Under the pieces are notes generated by a model. The model worked only from the letters and a program-made list of their open reading frames with translations, searched no databases and had not been told where the DNA came from. Made by a program: the position numbers and the translations under genes. DNA of 61,231 bases, the filler included, from Circinaria calcarea (lineage: Eukaryota): the NCBI GenBank assembly GCA_051942165.1. It is 10 parts of 10 records of this genome, joined end to end, with 100 filler letters (N's around TTAATTAATTAA, not from the genome) between each part and the next. Parts side by side here need not be neighbours in the genome. Positions count along the whole stretch, not along the records: positions 6,153 to 12,194 come from JAVECS010001691.1; positions 12,295 to 18,332 come from JAVECS010001692.1; positions 18,433 to 24,465 come from JAVECS010001693.1; 7 more parts are not named here. One strand, written 5' to 3'. Shown here in pieces: positions 10,887-22,126 of this stretch (its first letter is position 1; every line of letters begins with the position of its first letter).

Positions 10887-11665
10887 ATGGCCCCATGGCC
10901 CTCAATGCACGATCCAATCAAATCTCTTCTGAACGCCGAGGGCAAGGAAGCTGACCGGTTGACTCTGAAATGGAAGGATGCAAAGCTCCAGGAACTCAAC
11001 TACGTCGGCATTACTGTAGGTAAACTTGCCTGTTGGGCGGCGGACCTTATGGGCGTGAGGTTATGGTAATAACGCGGGCGCTTGTCTAGGGGGCCCTAAT
11101 CACCGGCGCCGTCGTCGGGTCTTTCCAAATATATTCGGCTGAGACCGACCCGTGGAGCACGAATGCTCTCTGGGTAAGCGCCTTGCTGCTCTCATTGACG
11201 TCCATCTCCATTGCAACGCAACAGTGTATTGGCCTCAACCGTCTCAGCAGCTGTGAGGATGGTCCCGGTAAGATCCGTCTTCTCTTGGGCGAAGAGAACC
11301 CCAGATTCGACAAGCCTCACACAGCGACGTATACCGGCAGGAATGAAAAAATAACGGAGTACAGACTTCGCATGAGGAAGAGTCAGCTGTGGGTATGGCA
11401 AACGCCTGTCATGCTGCTCAACTTTGCCATTCTGTTATTCATAATCGGCCTCATGATAGTCGTCTTCAGCAGAGCAGTCAAGGCGCATGGCGACTGGTCA
11501 GCGGGAGACATAAAGGTACCCTACGCATTGTGGCGAGGAACCGCTGAACGTAGCCGCTGGCTGACACTATCACAGACTGCCATCCTCTTTGGCTGTGCAG
11601 CCAGCTTTGCAGGAGGCAACTATCTCATTAGCTGGTTATATTTGAATCGGCGGTTGCGAGGATAG
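10887..11665 (+). CDS. small fungal 4-TM membrane protein of unknown function (PGG/DUF6535-like topology)
   Basis: Introns 11016-11089 and 11516-11575 give MAPWPSMHDPIKSLL..WKDAKLQELNYVGITGALITGAVV..ALWVSALLLSLTSI..WVWQTPVMLLNFAILLFIIGLMIVVF..TAILFGCAASFAGGNYLISW, with four hydrophobic helices. Confidence 0.75.
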
Positions 11666-11912
11666 TACCCGAAAATTCAGAAATGTCCAATCTAGCAAAT
11701 GGTTTACATTGAAATAAGAAGAACCGAGAGTGGTGACCGGCTTTGTCTCTTCTCCGGATCCCTGAGCGCCCTCCCCCCAGAGACCTCTGCCCCAGGACTA
11801 TCTTATTATACACAGATCAAACCGACCTTTGAGGCAGTAGCTAAACGCTAGTCATGATGCACGCTAAATGTAGACCGGAACCAAAGGCAGGGAATATTTA
11901 CACCTGATAAGA

Positions 11913-12194
11913 TCAAATATAATCCCGGTTACTTTTCTGAAGCTCTATCAACCGCCATCCTCGGGTCTCTGGGTTATTGACATCCTCTGCCACACGAGTT
12001 ACACCGATAGCGTAGGTAACAAGCTGAACCTTGTCCTCCATGCCGGCTGCGAGCTCGTTGGTTTTGATCTGTCGATAGACATGGACTTCCTGCGTCCGAC
12101 ACGTGATGATGAAAACCGGAATCTCCCCAGGTTCGAGCATTCGAGCCGATAGGATATCCACGTGCCGTATATCGAGGATGCGGCCGTCCACCTT
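11913..12194 (-). CDS. TIM44: mitochondrial import inner membrane translocase Tim44, C-terminal fragment (5' truncated)
   Basis: GRILDIRHVDILSARMLEPGEIPVFIITCRTQEVHVYR..KVQLVTYAIGVTRVAEDVNNPETRGWRLIELQK. Confidence 0.92.
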   Translation of the reverse strand, partial: KVDGRILDIRHVDILSARMLEPGEIPVFIITCRTQEVHVYRQIKTNELAAGMEDKVQLVTYAIGVTRVAEDVNNPETRGWRLIELQKSNRDYI

Positions 12195-12294
12195 NNNNNN
12201 NNNNNNNNNNNNNNNNNNNNNNNNNNNNNNNNNNNNNNTTAATTAATTAANNNNNNNNNNNNNNNNNNNNNNNNNNNNNNNNNNNNNNNNNNNN

Positions 12295-13292
12295 GGTATG
12301 GTCCTTTCCATTTGACTACAGGAACTTGTGCTGACAGTGGAGGAAACAGCTTTTGACGAGGCTGTGAAATCCAACCCTCCTTTTGAAGCAGTGATTCATA
12401 CCGCTTCACCTTTTCACTTTAATGTAACAGACACCAAGAAAGATCTCCTTGATCCGGGTACGCTGGACCCTGGCCGTCTTTCACGCTTGTGGACATGGTG
12501 GCTAATTGCCATCCTTAGCAATCATAGGAACCACCGGAATCCTCAAAGCCATCAAGAAGAGTGCTCCCTCGGTGAAGCGGGTGGTAATCACCAGCAGTTT
12601 CGCAGCCATAGTAGACGGTAGTAAGGGAAATCGTCCTGGATACTTTTATTCAGAAGCCGATTGGAACCCAATCACCGACGAAGAAGCCGTTCAAACCCCT
12701 ATAAACGGATATAGGGCTAGTAAGACTTTTGCCGAGAAAGCGGCATGGGACTTTATCGAAAAAGAAAAACCTAATTTCACCCTCGCAACAGTAAGCTCCA
12801 CTCAGACCTTCCGAGACAAAGCAGTACTGATAACCATGGCAGTGCAATCCTCCCCTCGTACTCGGCCCTATAGTTCATTACCTGAACTCTCTGGATGCAC
12901 TGAATACCTCAAATCAAAGGATAAGAGATATCATGACCGGTAAGCAAAAGGACGGCCTTTCACCTACAGGAACTTTCCTTTGGGTGGACGTAAGAGACGT
13001 GGCCTTGGCCCATGTCAGAGCTGCCGAGTTACCTGAAGCCGCCAACAAACGCTTCTTTGTCACGGCTGGATATTTCAGCAACAAAGAGATTGCAAATATA
13101 ATCCGCGGGGCTTACCCGGAACTGGCGTTCAGAATTCCTGAAGGAGATGCACAAAATGGCGGAGACTATCCGGCAGAGGGTATTTACAAATACGATAACA
13201 GCCGGACCGTTGATATATTAGGTATCAAGTTCACCAGTCTGAAAGATAGCATCGTGAATACTGTAAAGAGCTTACAGGCCGTGGGGGCATGA
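12295..13292 (+). CDS. NAD(P)-dependent epimerase/ketoreductase, Gre2/dihydroflavonol-reductase-like SDR (5' truncated, spliced)
   Basis: VIHTASPF, RVVITSSFAA, catalytic YRASK, NPPLVLGP and WVDVRDVALAHV motifs. Confidence 0.9.
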
Positions 13293-13968
13293 AGTCGGTT
13301 TTTAGGATACAGAGGGTGATGATTATCTAGACGGTAATGAGGACAGATAGCTTGTAAAGGATAGACTCTAAGACATCCGGTGCAACGGCTATAAGGTTAC
13401 ATATTATTAGTAGACTAGTGAGTCGGCCGAAGAATTCCTTTTCTTCAAGAATCCACCATGATCGGTGTTTCTCATGGTAAGGAGAGTGCAGCAATCCAAA
13501 TTACAATCAAGGAAGCGATTAGGGTACAGAGAAGGGTATTGAAGCAGACGGAATCGTCGATCAAGACGATATTGATTTCATTAACCCCAAGTGAATGGGA
13601 GGAGGAAGTTAGGATGAGGAACCAGGACTGCATGATGACGAAAAGGAGTCAGAATCCTCGTGGAACTCCAATGATACAGCCTCGGACGGGGAAACCAATC
13701 CACCATCATCAGTGGTTCTCATGATAATGAGGGTCCCCCCGCATGTATGATGGCAATAAGCTTTTGCTGACCGGGAGGCGATCCGCCGACCGCCCGGGTC
13801 CGGGGGCGATTATCCGGGGTATTGGGCGTCGGGACACACGGCACTTTGGTGGCCCATGCTCAAGCCCTACAAGGACGCGATTCACCATATGTCAAGCAGA
13901 ATGAGGAGAAGCTTATCTATTCCTCCTCACTTTGGAAGTCTGGGAAAAAGCCATGATTCGCGCCCAAT

Positions 13969-14867
13969 ATGCCTCATCCGTGAGTTACATTCTTCCTGCT
14001 GACAAGCCTTAATTGACGGTTTCCACTAGATCCCATGACTGGTGTTCCTCTTGTGACCGTTACTTTGTCCACCGAGTTGCTCTTGAGCAACACTGGCTCG
14101 ATTCCAGTCAGCACGCATGGTGCCCACGATGCAACTGTTTCTGCAAAAGCCAGGAAAGTCTGGAACGGCACAAGGCCAGGTCGAACTCGCATTGGATCTG
14201 CAGGCGGTGTAACCTCGACTATTTTAGCCAAGATGACTTGTATGACCATTATCAAACGGATCTAGAGCATAACTGGTGTGAGACCTGCGAAACAGATTTC
14301 AATACCCCAAGTAATCTTCGCTCTGTCAGTATTGACCTTGTTCCTGGCCGGTGGGGGGAAGCCTCTGGGAGTCGCTAAGAGTGTTTACAGCATTCGGTAA
14401 TTCATCTTCCCAAAGATATCTCATGTTACGCCTGCGGAGATGATCGAACCTTCCGAACCAACTCTGCCATGCTAATCCACCTCGAAAACGGCTGCACAGT
14501 CAACAAGGAAGACCTAGACCGATACGCCCGGAGTTGCTTCCAATGGAGGCACTACGTCGTCGACGAATATTCTGATTACCTCCTGGATAGCAATCGGTAC
14601 GGCCCACAGGCGCGAGGGGATTACGACTACACTGTTGAAGCGTGGACATGCGATGAATGCGAGAGGGAATTCGACGATGAGACCTCGCTGGATAAACATC
14701 TCTCCTCCCCGACCCATCATCCCCTGGTCTACAAGTGTCCCGAGTGCGATGCTCGCTTTGCCGTGCTTAGCGCATTGGTGCAGCATGTCGAAAGTGATGC
14801 CTGCGGGGAGGAAATCGATGAGGGAAGTATTGGGAAGATGCTGAGGTATCTTTGGCGGTGCATTTAG
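13969..14867 (+). CDS. multi-C2H2 zinc-finger protein
   Basis: 11-nt first exon (MPHP), introns 13980-14029 and ~14325-14390; repeated WCxxCxxxF..L..H..S..H fingers and CPECDARFAVLSALVQHVESDAC. Confidence 0.85.
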
Positions 14868-15335
14868 CTAGGGGGGAAGGGGGGGAAGTGCAGCTGAATT
14901 GCTCCTGCTTCTCGAATTTCCCACTCTGCGACGCTACCCCGAAAACATACCTACTGTATCTGCAAGGCCAATGCATCTAACAATGTATAAACTCCAAGAA
15001 ATAAGTCAAATGTATCACAAATAGGTGCCCTCGACCACATTAGTTCCACCCTATACTCCCGCACGACAGGATCATGTCCACTTTGGTTGCTCGAAGCATT
15101 CCCGTGCAGTACACAGCTTTTCACCTTTCTTTACTCCTTCGCTCTCCATATGCCCACGGAACGGAAATCAGATCCACCCCTTCCAAACCTCCAATCGAAT
15201 AAACACACCGAACATCCCCCGTGTCGAGAGGGCTACCTCAATCGGCGAATTTAAATCCTCGTGACCTTTGCTGCTCGCGACATCGGAAATTCGTGAAATC
15301 CAGAAATTTTCATTTTTTATTTCTTGGTTAATCCT

Positions 15336-15571
15336 TGATGAAATGCCTATGGTCACGTTGTGCCTAAGTATTCAGAAGAGAAAATTGAATGGGTTAAAAC
15401 TATCGGTTTATAGTCGTATTTATGATAGTTATAACCCCCTGCAGCTTATCCACTTTTAAAAGCGGAGCGGCAAACATATAAACAATAGGGTTCAATGAAC
15501 CTCTGGGAGCAATTCTGCATGGAATGCGCGGGCGTGCAGAACTTCTGCACGCATATCCACACCTTCCAATA
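15336..15571 (-). mobile_element. solo LTR, family B (RIP-altered copy)
   Basis: Reverse-complement homologue of 23678-23920; termini TATTGGAA (from TGTTGGAA)...TTTCATCA; flanks ATCCT/ATTCT form a 5-bp TSD with one C>T change. Confidence 0.8.
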
Positions 15572-15879
15572 ATTCTAACCCCTAAACTCCCTTCTTTTTA
15601 AATCCTTAATTCCCCCCAAAAAAATAGTTTTTCTTCGACGAGAACGATATAAATTTATTTACTCCCCCTGGGTGGAATTTGATTTTTTTATCGATTATCA
15701 TCAGTGGCGGAATATAGTGTGTGGGAAAACTATTCTGTTTACTATGGTAGCGTGCTCTCTTTACTTGAATAATAATGAACGTCGTAATCACGGACCTTGG
15801 CTCGACTGTGTTTTCTCCGTGATAACCTGCTCCACCGTTTCAGATACTACCCCCGGTTGCAACCTGGGTGATCCCTAGC

Positions 15880-16950
15880 GATCGCGAATTTTGGCCCGCC
15901 TCCTCTATATCAATAGCAGCGAACTTCTGCGGCTATTTCCTCTGACAATCATTTTTGCGGAATTTTTCTGCCGGGCTTGTGGTAATGGTTTATTTTTGCA
16001 ACGCTTCTGGTAAGTGAATTGTGTTGTCGCTTTAAAATAACCTCTAGTCGTTCCCCAGATGAGTAATTCTCATTATTTATATCCTTGTGATCTAACCGTC
16101 ATTGATCATATCCTCGTGTCAGAACTGTGTTCGGCGTAGTTTGTCCCAAAATGCATGCTCAGAGAAATGCAAGCCTATTGTAAATTTTTTCGATTTTGAT
16201 CGCTTTCCTTAGGGGTTCTAATATAGCTTTCACCATATCTAAATGATACCGGGTAGGTGCGAACCAAAACGCTTTTTGCTCGGCAGTCGATAAGTTGAGG
16301 AATTTCCCGAATATTTCTACCTCGAAGTCGGTCACTTTTCGATCTACCTATTATATTGTTAATTTTGAAATGCGAGGCCAAATGCTTACTTTCAAACTGA
16401 AAGAAGTAGGGTGAGGCCCATATTTTGTTCTGCCAAGTGGTTTGTTTTTTCTCCGCCTTCTCAATCTCCCCTTCAAATCGCTCGGTTAACGATGGAATGT
16501 TGGTGTTGATAGTGATTTTGCTCTCCCCATTGCTGGCATTATATCTTTAGGAGTGAGCTGCCTACTATCTGATGGCTCCGGTGAGGTTTTTCTTTTTCTG
16601 CCATAGGTCTCGGGTTTCCTCTTGCACCACAGCTTCAGTTTGTTCGCTATTGGCATCTTTTACGACAGTCACATCTGCTACCAGCATCGAAGGTCAAGTA
16701 CGTTTGGTGATGAATTTGCTCTGGTGTCCCGATTACGTCTTCTCCCCCGAACTTTTCTCCTCGGGCTCTTCTTATTGAACACCTTAGGAAAACAAGGGGT
16801 AAGTATAGCCTCCTCTCCTGACGCTTCGGCAGGCTGAGAAGGCTGATAATATAGCTTCTGGTTGCTTTTATCAAGTGGACTTGCATCGGATAGAGCGTGC
16901 AGAAGAACCGAGGAAGCGGGCAGACGAGTTAAAGAACATCGAAAAAATAA
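15880..16950 (-). pseudogene. degenerate spliced gene of unknown family
   Basis: Protein-like frame (..ERFEGEIEKAEKKQTTWQNKIWASPYFFQFE / VDRKVTDFEVEIFGKFLNLSTAEQKAFWFAPTRYHLDMVKAILEPL..) with a GTAAGC..TTAAC..TAG intron and several TAG/TAA/TGA stops; boundaries approximate. Confidence 0.45.
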
Positions 16951-16963
16951 CTGGTCGAGGAAA

Positions 16964-17128
16964 TGTTGAGCAGTAATATGTATGGTGGCATTACTACCTG
17001 AGTGTGTAACTAAATAAGTTACTTATGCTACGAAAAACGCTTTTATGGGGTGTATGGAGGGTGTAGAGCATGGACCACGTATTACCCGCAGATAACACGT
17101 GACCCTGTAAGCCCTATGACTTCCAACA
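16964..17128 (-). mobile_element. solo LTR, family A (diverged copy, no matching TSD)
   Basis: TGTTG...CAACA termini; GTAAGCCCTATGACTTCCAACA end shared with 21430-21593 and 21966-22126. Confidence 0.75.
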
Positions 17129-17758
17129 TCTTGATTGAGTGTTGATCGGGGAAGGAGAAGAACTCATATATATTCACACCCTAACGGTGCCGGTTAAAAC
17201 GAAGGCATCGAGAAAATCAAGTCGTGAGGCCGTAGATAAGGATGTAGGTCCCGGGTTTGGTATTTATGAATGCATCTTGCTAGCAGTTCATTGTGACAAA
17301 GCAGGAATGTAAGAAGGGTTCTATCAAACAACGTAGTAGTTTGCAATTGAGGCTGGTGAAGGCTGATGAAAGCTGATGAAGTGTTAGCTTTCTGGGTTTC
17401 ATGTCTGAATTTACCGGTTGCAGGCAGAGTAAAATCCGTGGTACAATAATCATCAACCTCTCCATACCGCTTATTCATATATAATCGATGTTGAACGGAG
17501 GCTTCCAATGCATGCAGAATATAAAAGTAGCTTGAATTTCTAAATATGCGTGCTCGCCCTTTACGCTATGGCATTAAGGCCACATTATACCTATTCAGGT
17601 CTGCACGGGTGAATTCCAACAGGTTGTAATGAACTTCGGCACCTAGGTCTCAAAGAGAGGTTCTGTGTCCATGATAAGTTTTGTCCGATCCTTTTATAAA
17701 TCCCGATCCCGCCTGAGATACTTACAAAAGAACAACAGTGTCGTGAAGCCTGGTCAGC

Positions 17759-18332
17759 TTACTTCCTTGTCCCTTCCGGTCCCGCATAATAATACCCGGC
17801 CATAGGCGATGTGACATGCTTGCTGGAAAAGGAGCAATGCCCGACCCCACTTTCGAGACCCGGAGTTCGAACGACTCCCCATTGGACTGGATAGAAGGCG
17901 GCATCAGGTTCACCCTCAAGAACATGACAGGCCGCCGCGATGAGAGCACTGTTGCTTCGGACCAGTGGAATACCGGGTTTATATCGCCTTAGGCCGAGAA
18001 GGTTAGCGGCCACAATCATGAAAACTCCGAGAACGATCAGGACTATCATCGCTATAGGGCTGCAGCCACATGTCGTTAATGTCCGAGAACTGTTTCTCAT
18101 CCCATCTGGATCAGCTAAATCCCGCCGGGAAACCGAGACCCGCGCTAAAAAGATGCTTTGTGAGAGGAGCCAGTGTAAAAGGCCGGATAGCCCCAACAGC
18201 GGGATTGCATATTTGAAAGGTAGTTCTAAAAAGTAAGTCGATCTCTGGTCTTTCTTAGGATCCGAGACGCGAAGCGCTTTTCTTTGATATCCAAAGCGAT
18301 TCCATTCATCGGCAAGTAGCATGGCAGTGTAA
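17759..18332 (-). CDS. fungal multi-TM protein, DUF6536-like, C-terminal fragment (5' truncated)
   Basis: EWNRFGYQRKALRVSDP..QRSTYFLELPFKYAIPLL..LHWLLSQSIFL..SNSALIAAACH..VQWGVV..GHCSFSS. Confidence 0.8.
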
Positions 18333-18779
18333 NNNNNNNNNNNNNNNNNNNNNNNNNNNNNNNNNNNNNNNNNNNNTTAATTAATTAANNNNNNNNNNNN
18401 NNNNNNNNNNNNNNNNNNNNNNNNNNNNNNNNGATGATGACGACGACGACGATGATGATCATGGAGGGCATTCAGAGGTAGCTTCGAGGAACTCGGCAGA
18501 GAGCATGAGGGCTCGGTCCAAATGTCCATATCTCCCACTGATCTCAGATCTTTGTCCATGTGAACTTGAGCCATATACCCCAAACTTGGCAATACCTGTG
18601 TCTGATCTGACAGCATTACGGCACAGCATCCATTCCCCGCTCCCACCACACCCTCTCGTTGAATATCCTAGTCTGCGGAGCTGCCGCAATCCTCCCGCAT
18701 CTTACTCCGCTGCAGGGTGGATGATGGATTCCTACCTAGGCGTCCCTACTGCTATCATCTTTCCAGCATGCCCTTTTCC

Positions 18780-19400
18780 AGCATCCTAGAACCGGACTTC
18801 CTGGCTAATCTCTTCGCAGTATAGACCGCTCGCTTAGAGTATCATTTCGGCGAAAGCGGCGACTATTTCCGAAAACGTGCTTTGGAGCCGCTCCTCCTTT
18901 GCACTAAGGTGTCATTGACTTGCTGCAGCGCCCTCCATCTGTGGATGGCGAATCAGGCTCTGCGGGTTTGGACGGAAGCATCATCCCCTTGTATATTCAA
19001 TCTCAGGCTGTCGTTCCCGCCGGCCTGGCTTGCTGCTGATCGTATCAGCACCGGTGATCTCTACCACAACCCTCCTACCTATCTCTGTCTCGTCGCATTC
19101 AATAGGATTGAGAACAACTAAGGCGTCGATGTGTTGGCGGTGCAGAAGCTTCAGATCTAGCAAGAGACGTTCTACAGGTCGATTGGCCGCAACTGGGGTG
19201 CGAAGTTGGGGAAGGAATCATAAGGGAGTGATCCTTTGGAATTCATCCTGTAGGAATACTAGTTCCTCTACAGTCTACACGACCGTGCTTGCTAAGGCGA
19301 GCTGCCTGACGAGGGCACCCTGGTCAATATGTTCTTTAGGAACCGAGAGGCCACAGCCGCTTCGTGCTTATCTTGATGGACATGGACATGAACGTTCGCA
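18780..19400 (+). pseudogene. RIP-like degraded ORF, possibly retrotransposon gag
   Basis: One frame reads ..GVDVLAVQKLQI*QETFYRSIGRNWGAKLGKES*GSDPLEFIL*EY*FLYSLHDRAC*GELPDEGTLVNMFF.., with TAA/TAG stops as expected from CAA/CAG C>T changes. Confidence 0.35.
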
Positions 19401-20349
19401 CACCGCCAGTATTCATTCTTTCTTCGGTTTTACAGAGCCACTTGGCTCAATTGGACGATAGCGAATTCACTCATTCCTTTTCCTTCACCTGCAACACTGT
19501 CTCTCATCCGCACCAGTTCTATCATGTCGCAGAGTAACAATGAGCTTGGCGCATCCTGATTCCCTGAGTACGGACCTCTCTCCGATCATTCTCCCTTTAT
19601 CCGAGTGTCGGTGAAGTTGATGCACGGATACGGCGTGGAGAAAACCAACCCGTCGACGAGAAGTTAGACCCACAGATCCTTGCTGTATCGGCGAGTAGGC
19701 ATCACCTGCGTCTCCAAGGATCTTCAGCGGCACAACACTTTCAAATACGAAGTGTACTTTCAGCCTATAGTGGCGTAGGCAGGACCTCTTTGTTAACATG
19801 TATAATATTTGACTTGGGTCAAACGGGGCGCGACAGTGCTGACATCAGCTTACGGTGACCTTCAATTTCACAGACCGCACTTTCCAGTTCCACGCAAGAA
19901 GTATGTTGGGTTCTGTTGTGATTTACGATTACAATTTGTCGGTTATCTAGGGCCCTACTACGAAGCAACCTGTCATCTGTGTCCTTTGAGTCTCCTTACG
20001 ATCCTTCGATACGCCCCGTTCGTTGACCTAATAAGACAGTACGCGATCCACACCACTGTTGTGTAGAGTGACGGTAAGATACCCCCGGCCATTATCTACG
20101 CTAGTTGCTGTTATGGAACAACTCAGATACACGCTGGGCACATGCCAGTGGGATGGATGCTCTATGATAGACCATTGCGGGTTTCCATTTCCTGGTTTTT
20201 GGGACAGGACGGGAAAACTATGAACGGTATTGGGTTTGTTTCTTGTACTTCCTTACTAGAAGGCTTGCCTGTTATAGCGGTTACGTAGATAAGTGAGTAT
20301 AAAAGTGGAATTTTACATGGATAGTTGGGATAATCGAGCAAACTATGTA

Positions 20350-20564
20350 CTCATGGTCGCGGGCATAACAGATGTTAGCGTTGTCCTTTTGCAATAACTA
20401 TAGAAGGCCCACACGACAGTTTGCCTTCATATAGAAAGATAGAATATACACCGGAGGATGCCCTCCATATTACACCTCTTTTTAAAAGAATTTATCCAGC
20501 CTTTGCTGAGTACATCGGAGTTGATCGAAACCTACGTCAACATCTGTTATGCCTGCGACCATAG
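20350..20564. mobile_element. MITE (215 bp) with ~30-bp TIRs and TA target duplication
   Basis: ta|CTCATGGTCGCGGGCATAACAGATGTTAGCGT ... ACGTCAACATCTGTTATGCCTGCGACCATAG|ta. Confidence 0.8.
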
Positions 20565-20628
20565 TAGGTACGCAGTGTTTTTTTTTGCATTGAGTACCGA
20601 TCTGTCATGATGCGTAATGAAAGTGCCA

Positions 20629-21429
20629 TTATCCTAAATATCTCCGAAAAGAAGTTTTTTTTCTGCTCACTCGTCCATAAAAGATTTTCCATCTGCTGTT
20701 CTCTCGACGGTGTCTTCTTTCTGCCGCACCAGATCGCATTTCCGCCGCCTTAGTCGCCACCATCCTCCTCCTCCTCTGTTTCGGGCTCTCTTCCACTGCA
20801 TCTTCATCTAATTCTGCCGTCTCCAAACATAACCCTGCAGGCCCTGATCTTAATGGGTCGACAATACCTTCCCCAACTGCCACCTTTTTATCTCTACCCC
20901 AGTCCTCAAAGCGATGGATCTTTGCCTTCACTTTAGCGACTGCGAAATGAAACGGCCTTGTACTTGCGGAATTTTTATCGGATGTTCTTTTTGTGTCAAC
21001 TGTGGCAGAATCGTGAGTAACTCGACCAATCTGATGAGTTCGATACTCACCTCTGCAGGCTTGCCGCGACCTTTTTCCGTGACGGCTAGGCAGAACCATC
21101 AGCATTCTTCGCTTGGACATGCAAGGCAGGCGGCATAATTACATCTTTGTCCCAGACGGGGGCTTCCACCAATGTCTTAGGGGATAATTGGTACCATCCG
21201 TCAACTTTCACGGCAGAAATGGTTCGTTTGCCTGCAGTACTCTTGGGCTTGCGGTGCTCGAAAGTGACGTCGACGACGGCATGAATATATGTCCCCTTTG
21301 ATCTCGTCAAGTTTTGCCTTTCCACTGTGGCAATTTGGCTTGGTATTCTGCCATGGAACCGTTTCGTTGGTTCCTTCGCCGCTTGCCAACCATCCTTGCT
21401 TTGCAGTCTTGGGTATCTTAGGGAGCCGT
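20629..21429 (-). pseudogene. disrupted spliced gene remnant, truncated by the LTR at 21430
   Basis: Protein-like frames (..TYIHAVVDVTFEHRKPK..VKVDGWYQLSPKTL..; ..ELDEDAVEESPKQRRRRMVA..) and a GTGAGT..CTCAC..ACAG intron near 21000-21050. Confidence 0.4.
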
Positions 21430-21593
21430 TGTTAAACATGCAATAATGTGTGGTGGCATTCATGCTATGTACGAGTATGTAACTTGCTAAGCTATCTATG
21501 CAACGAAAAAGTGCTTTTATGGTGTGTGTAGGAAGTGTTGAGCATGGACCTCCTATGCAACACATGCCTCGGTAAGCCCTATGACTTCCAACA
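21430..21593 (-). mobile_element. solo LTR, family A (copia-like TGTTGG terminus)
   Basis: 164 bp, inverted copy of 21966-22126; TG...CA termini; flanks GCCGT and GAAGC. Confidence 0.85.
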
Positions 21594-21965
21594 GAAGCTT
21601 TGCTATATTGATTTTTCTTCAACGGCGAGGGCGCCAACTATCCCTTTCTAATTCGTGGCGGGGTTATCACGATATGGCTACAGTCTTAGAATAGCCTTCT
21701 TGTGCGCTTAATAGCTGTTGGCCTTTTGGGCCATTGGAGAAGAAGCAAACACTTTTCACACCCACGGGCCTACTGAATAAGCCGGCTCAAGCTGACAATT
21801 GGTAGCATTCCCACTGACGATGATGATTCTGCCGAGGAGGAGTTAAAAGACGACCATGACGCATGGGTCTGCAGGCAAGAAGCGGAAGGCTCCCACAGGA
21901 CCTTTTTCTGCCTCTACGAAAGCAAAGAAGGCCAGGACATCGGTAAACCTTTCTGCCCCTACGGC

Positions 21966-22126
21966 TGTTGGAAGTCATAGGGCTTACCGAGGCATGTGTT
22001 GCATAGGAGGTCCATGCTCAACACTTCCTACACACATCATAAAAGCACTTTTCTCTACGTAGATAGCTTAGACAATTACATACTCAGATAGCATGAATGC
22101 CACCACACATTACTGCATATTCAACA
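21966..22126 (+). mobile_element. solo LTR, family A (copia-like TGTTGG terminus)
   Basis: 161 bp TGTTGGAAGTCATAGGG...ATATTCAACA; flanks ACGGC and GCTTC. Confidence 0.85.

Noticed and set aside
21086..22062. Two ORFs sharing the peptide VGSHRAYRGMCCIGGPCSTLPTH
   Set aside because: The shared peptide is translation of the inverted LTR copies, not a protein repeat
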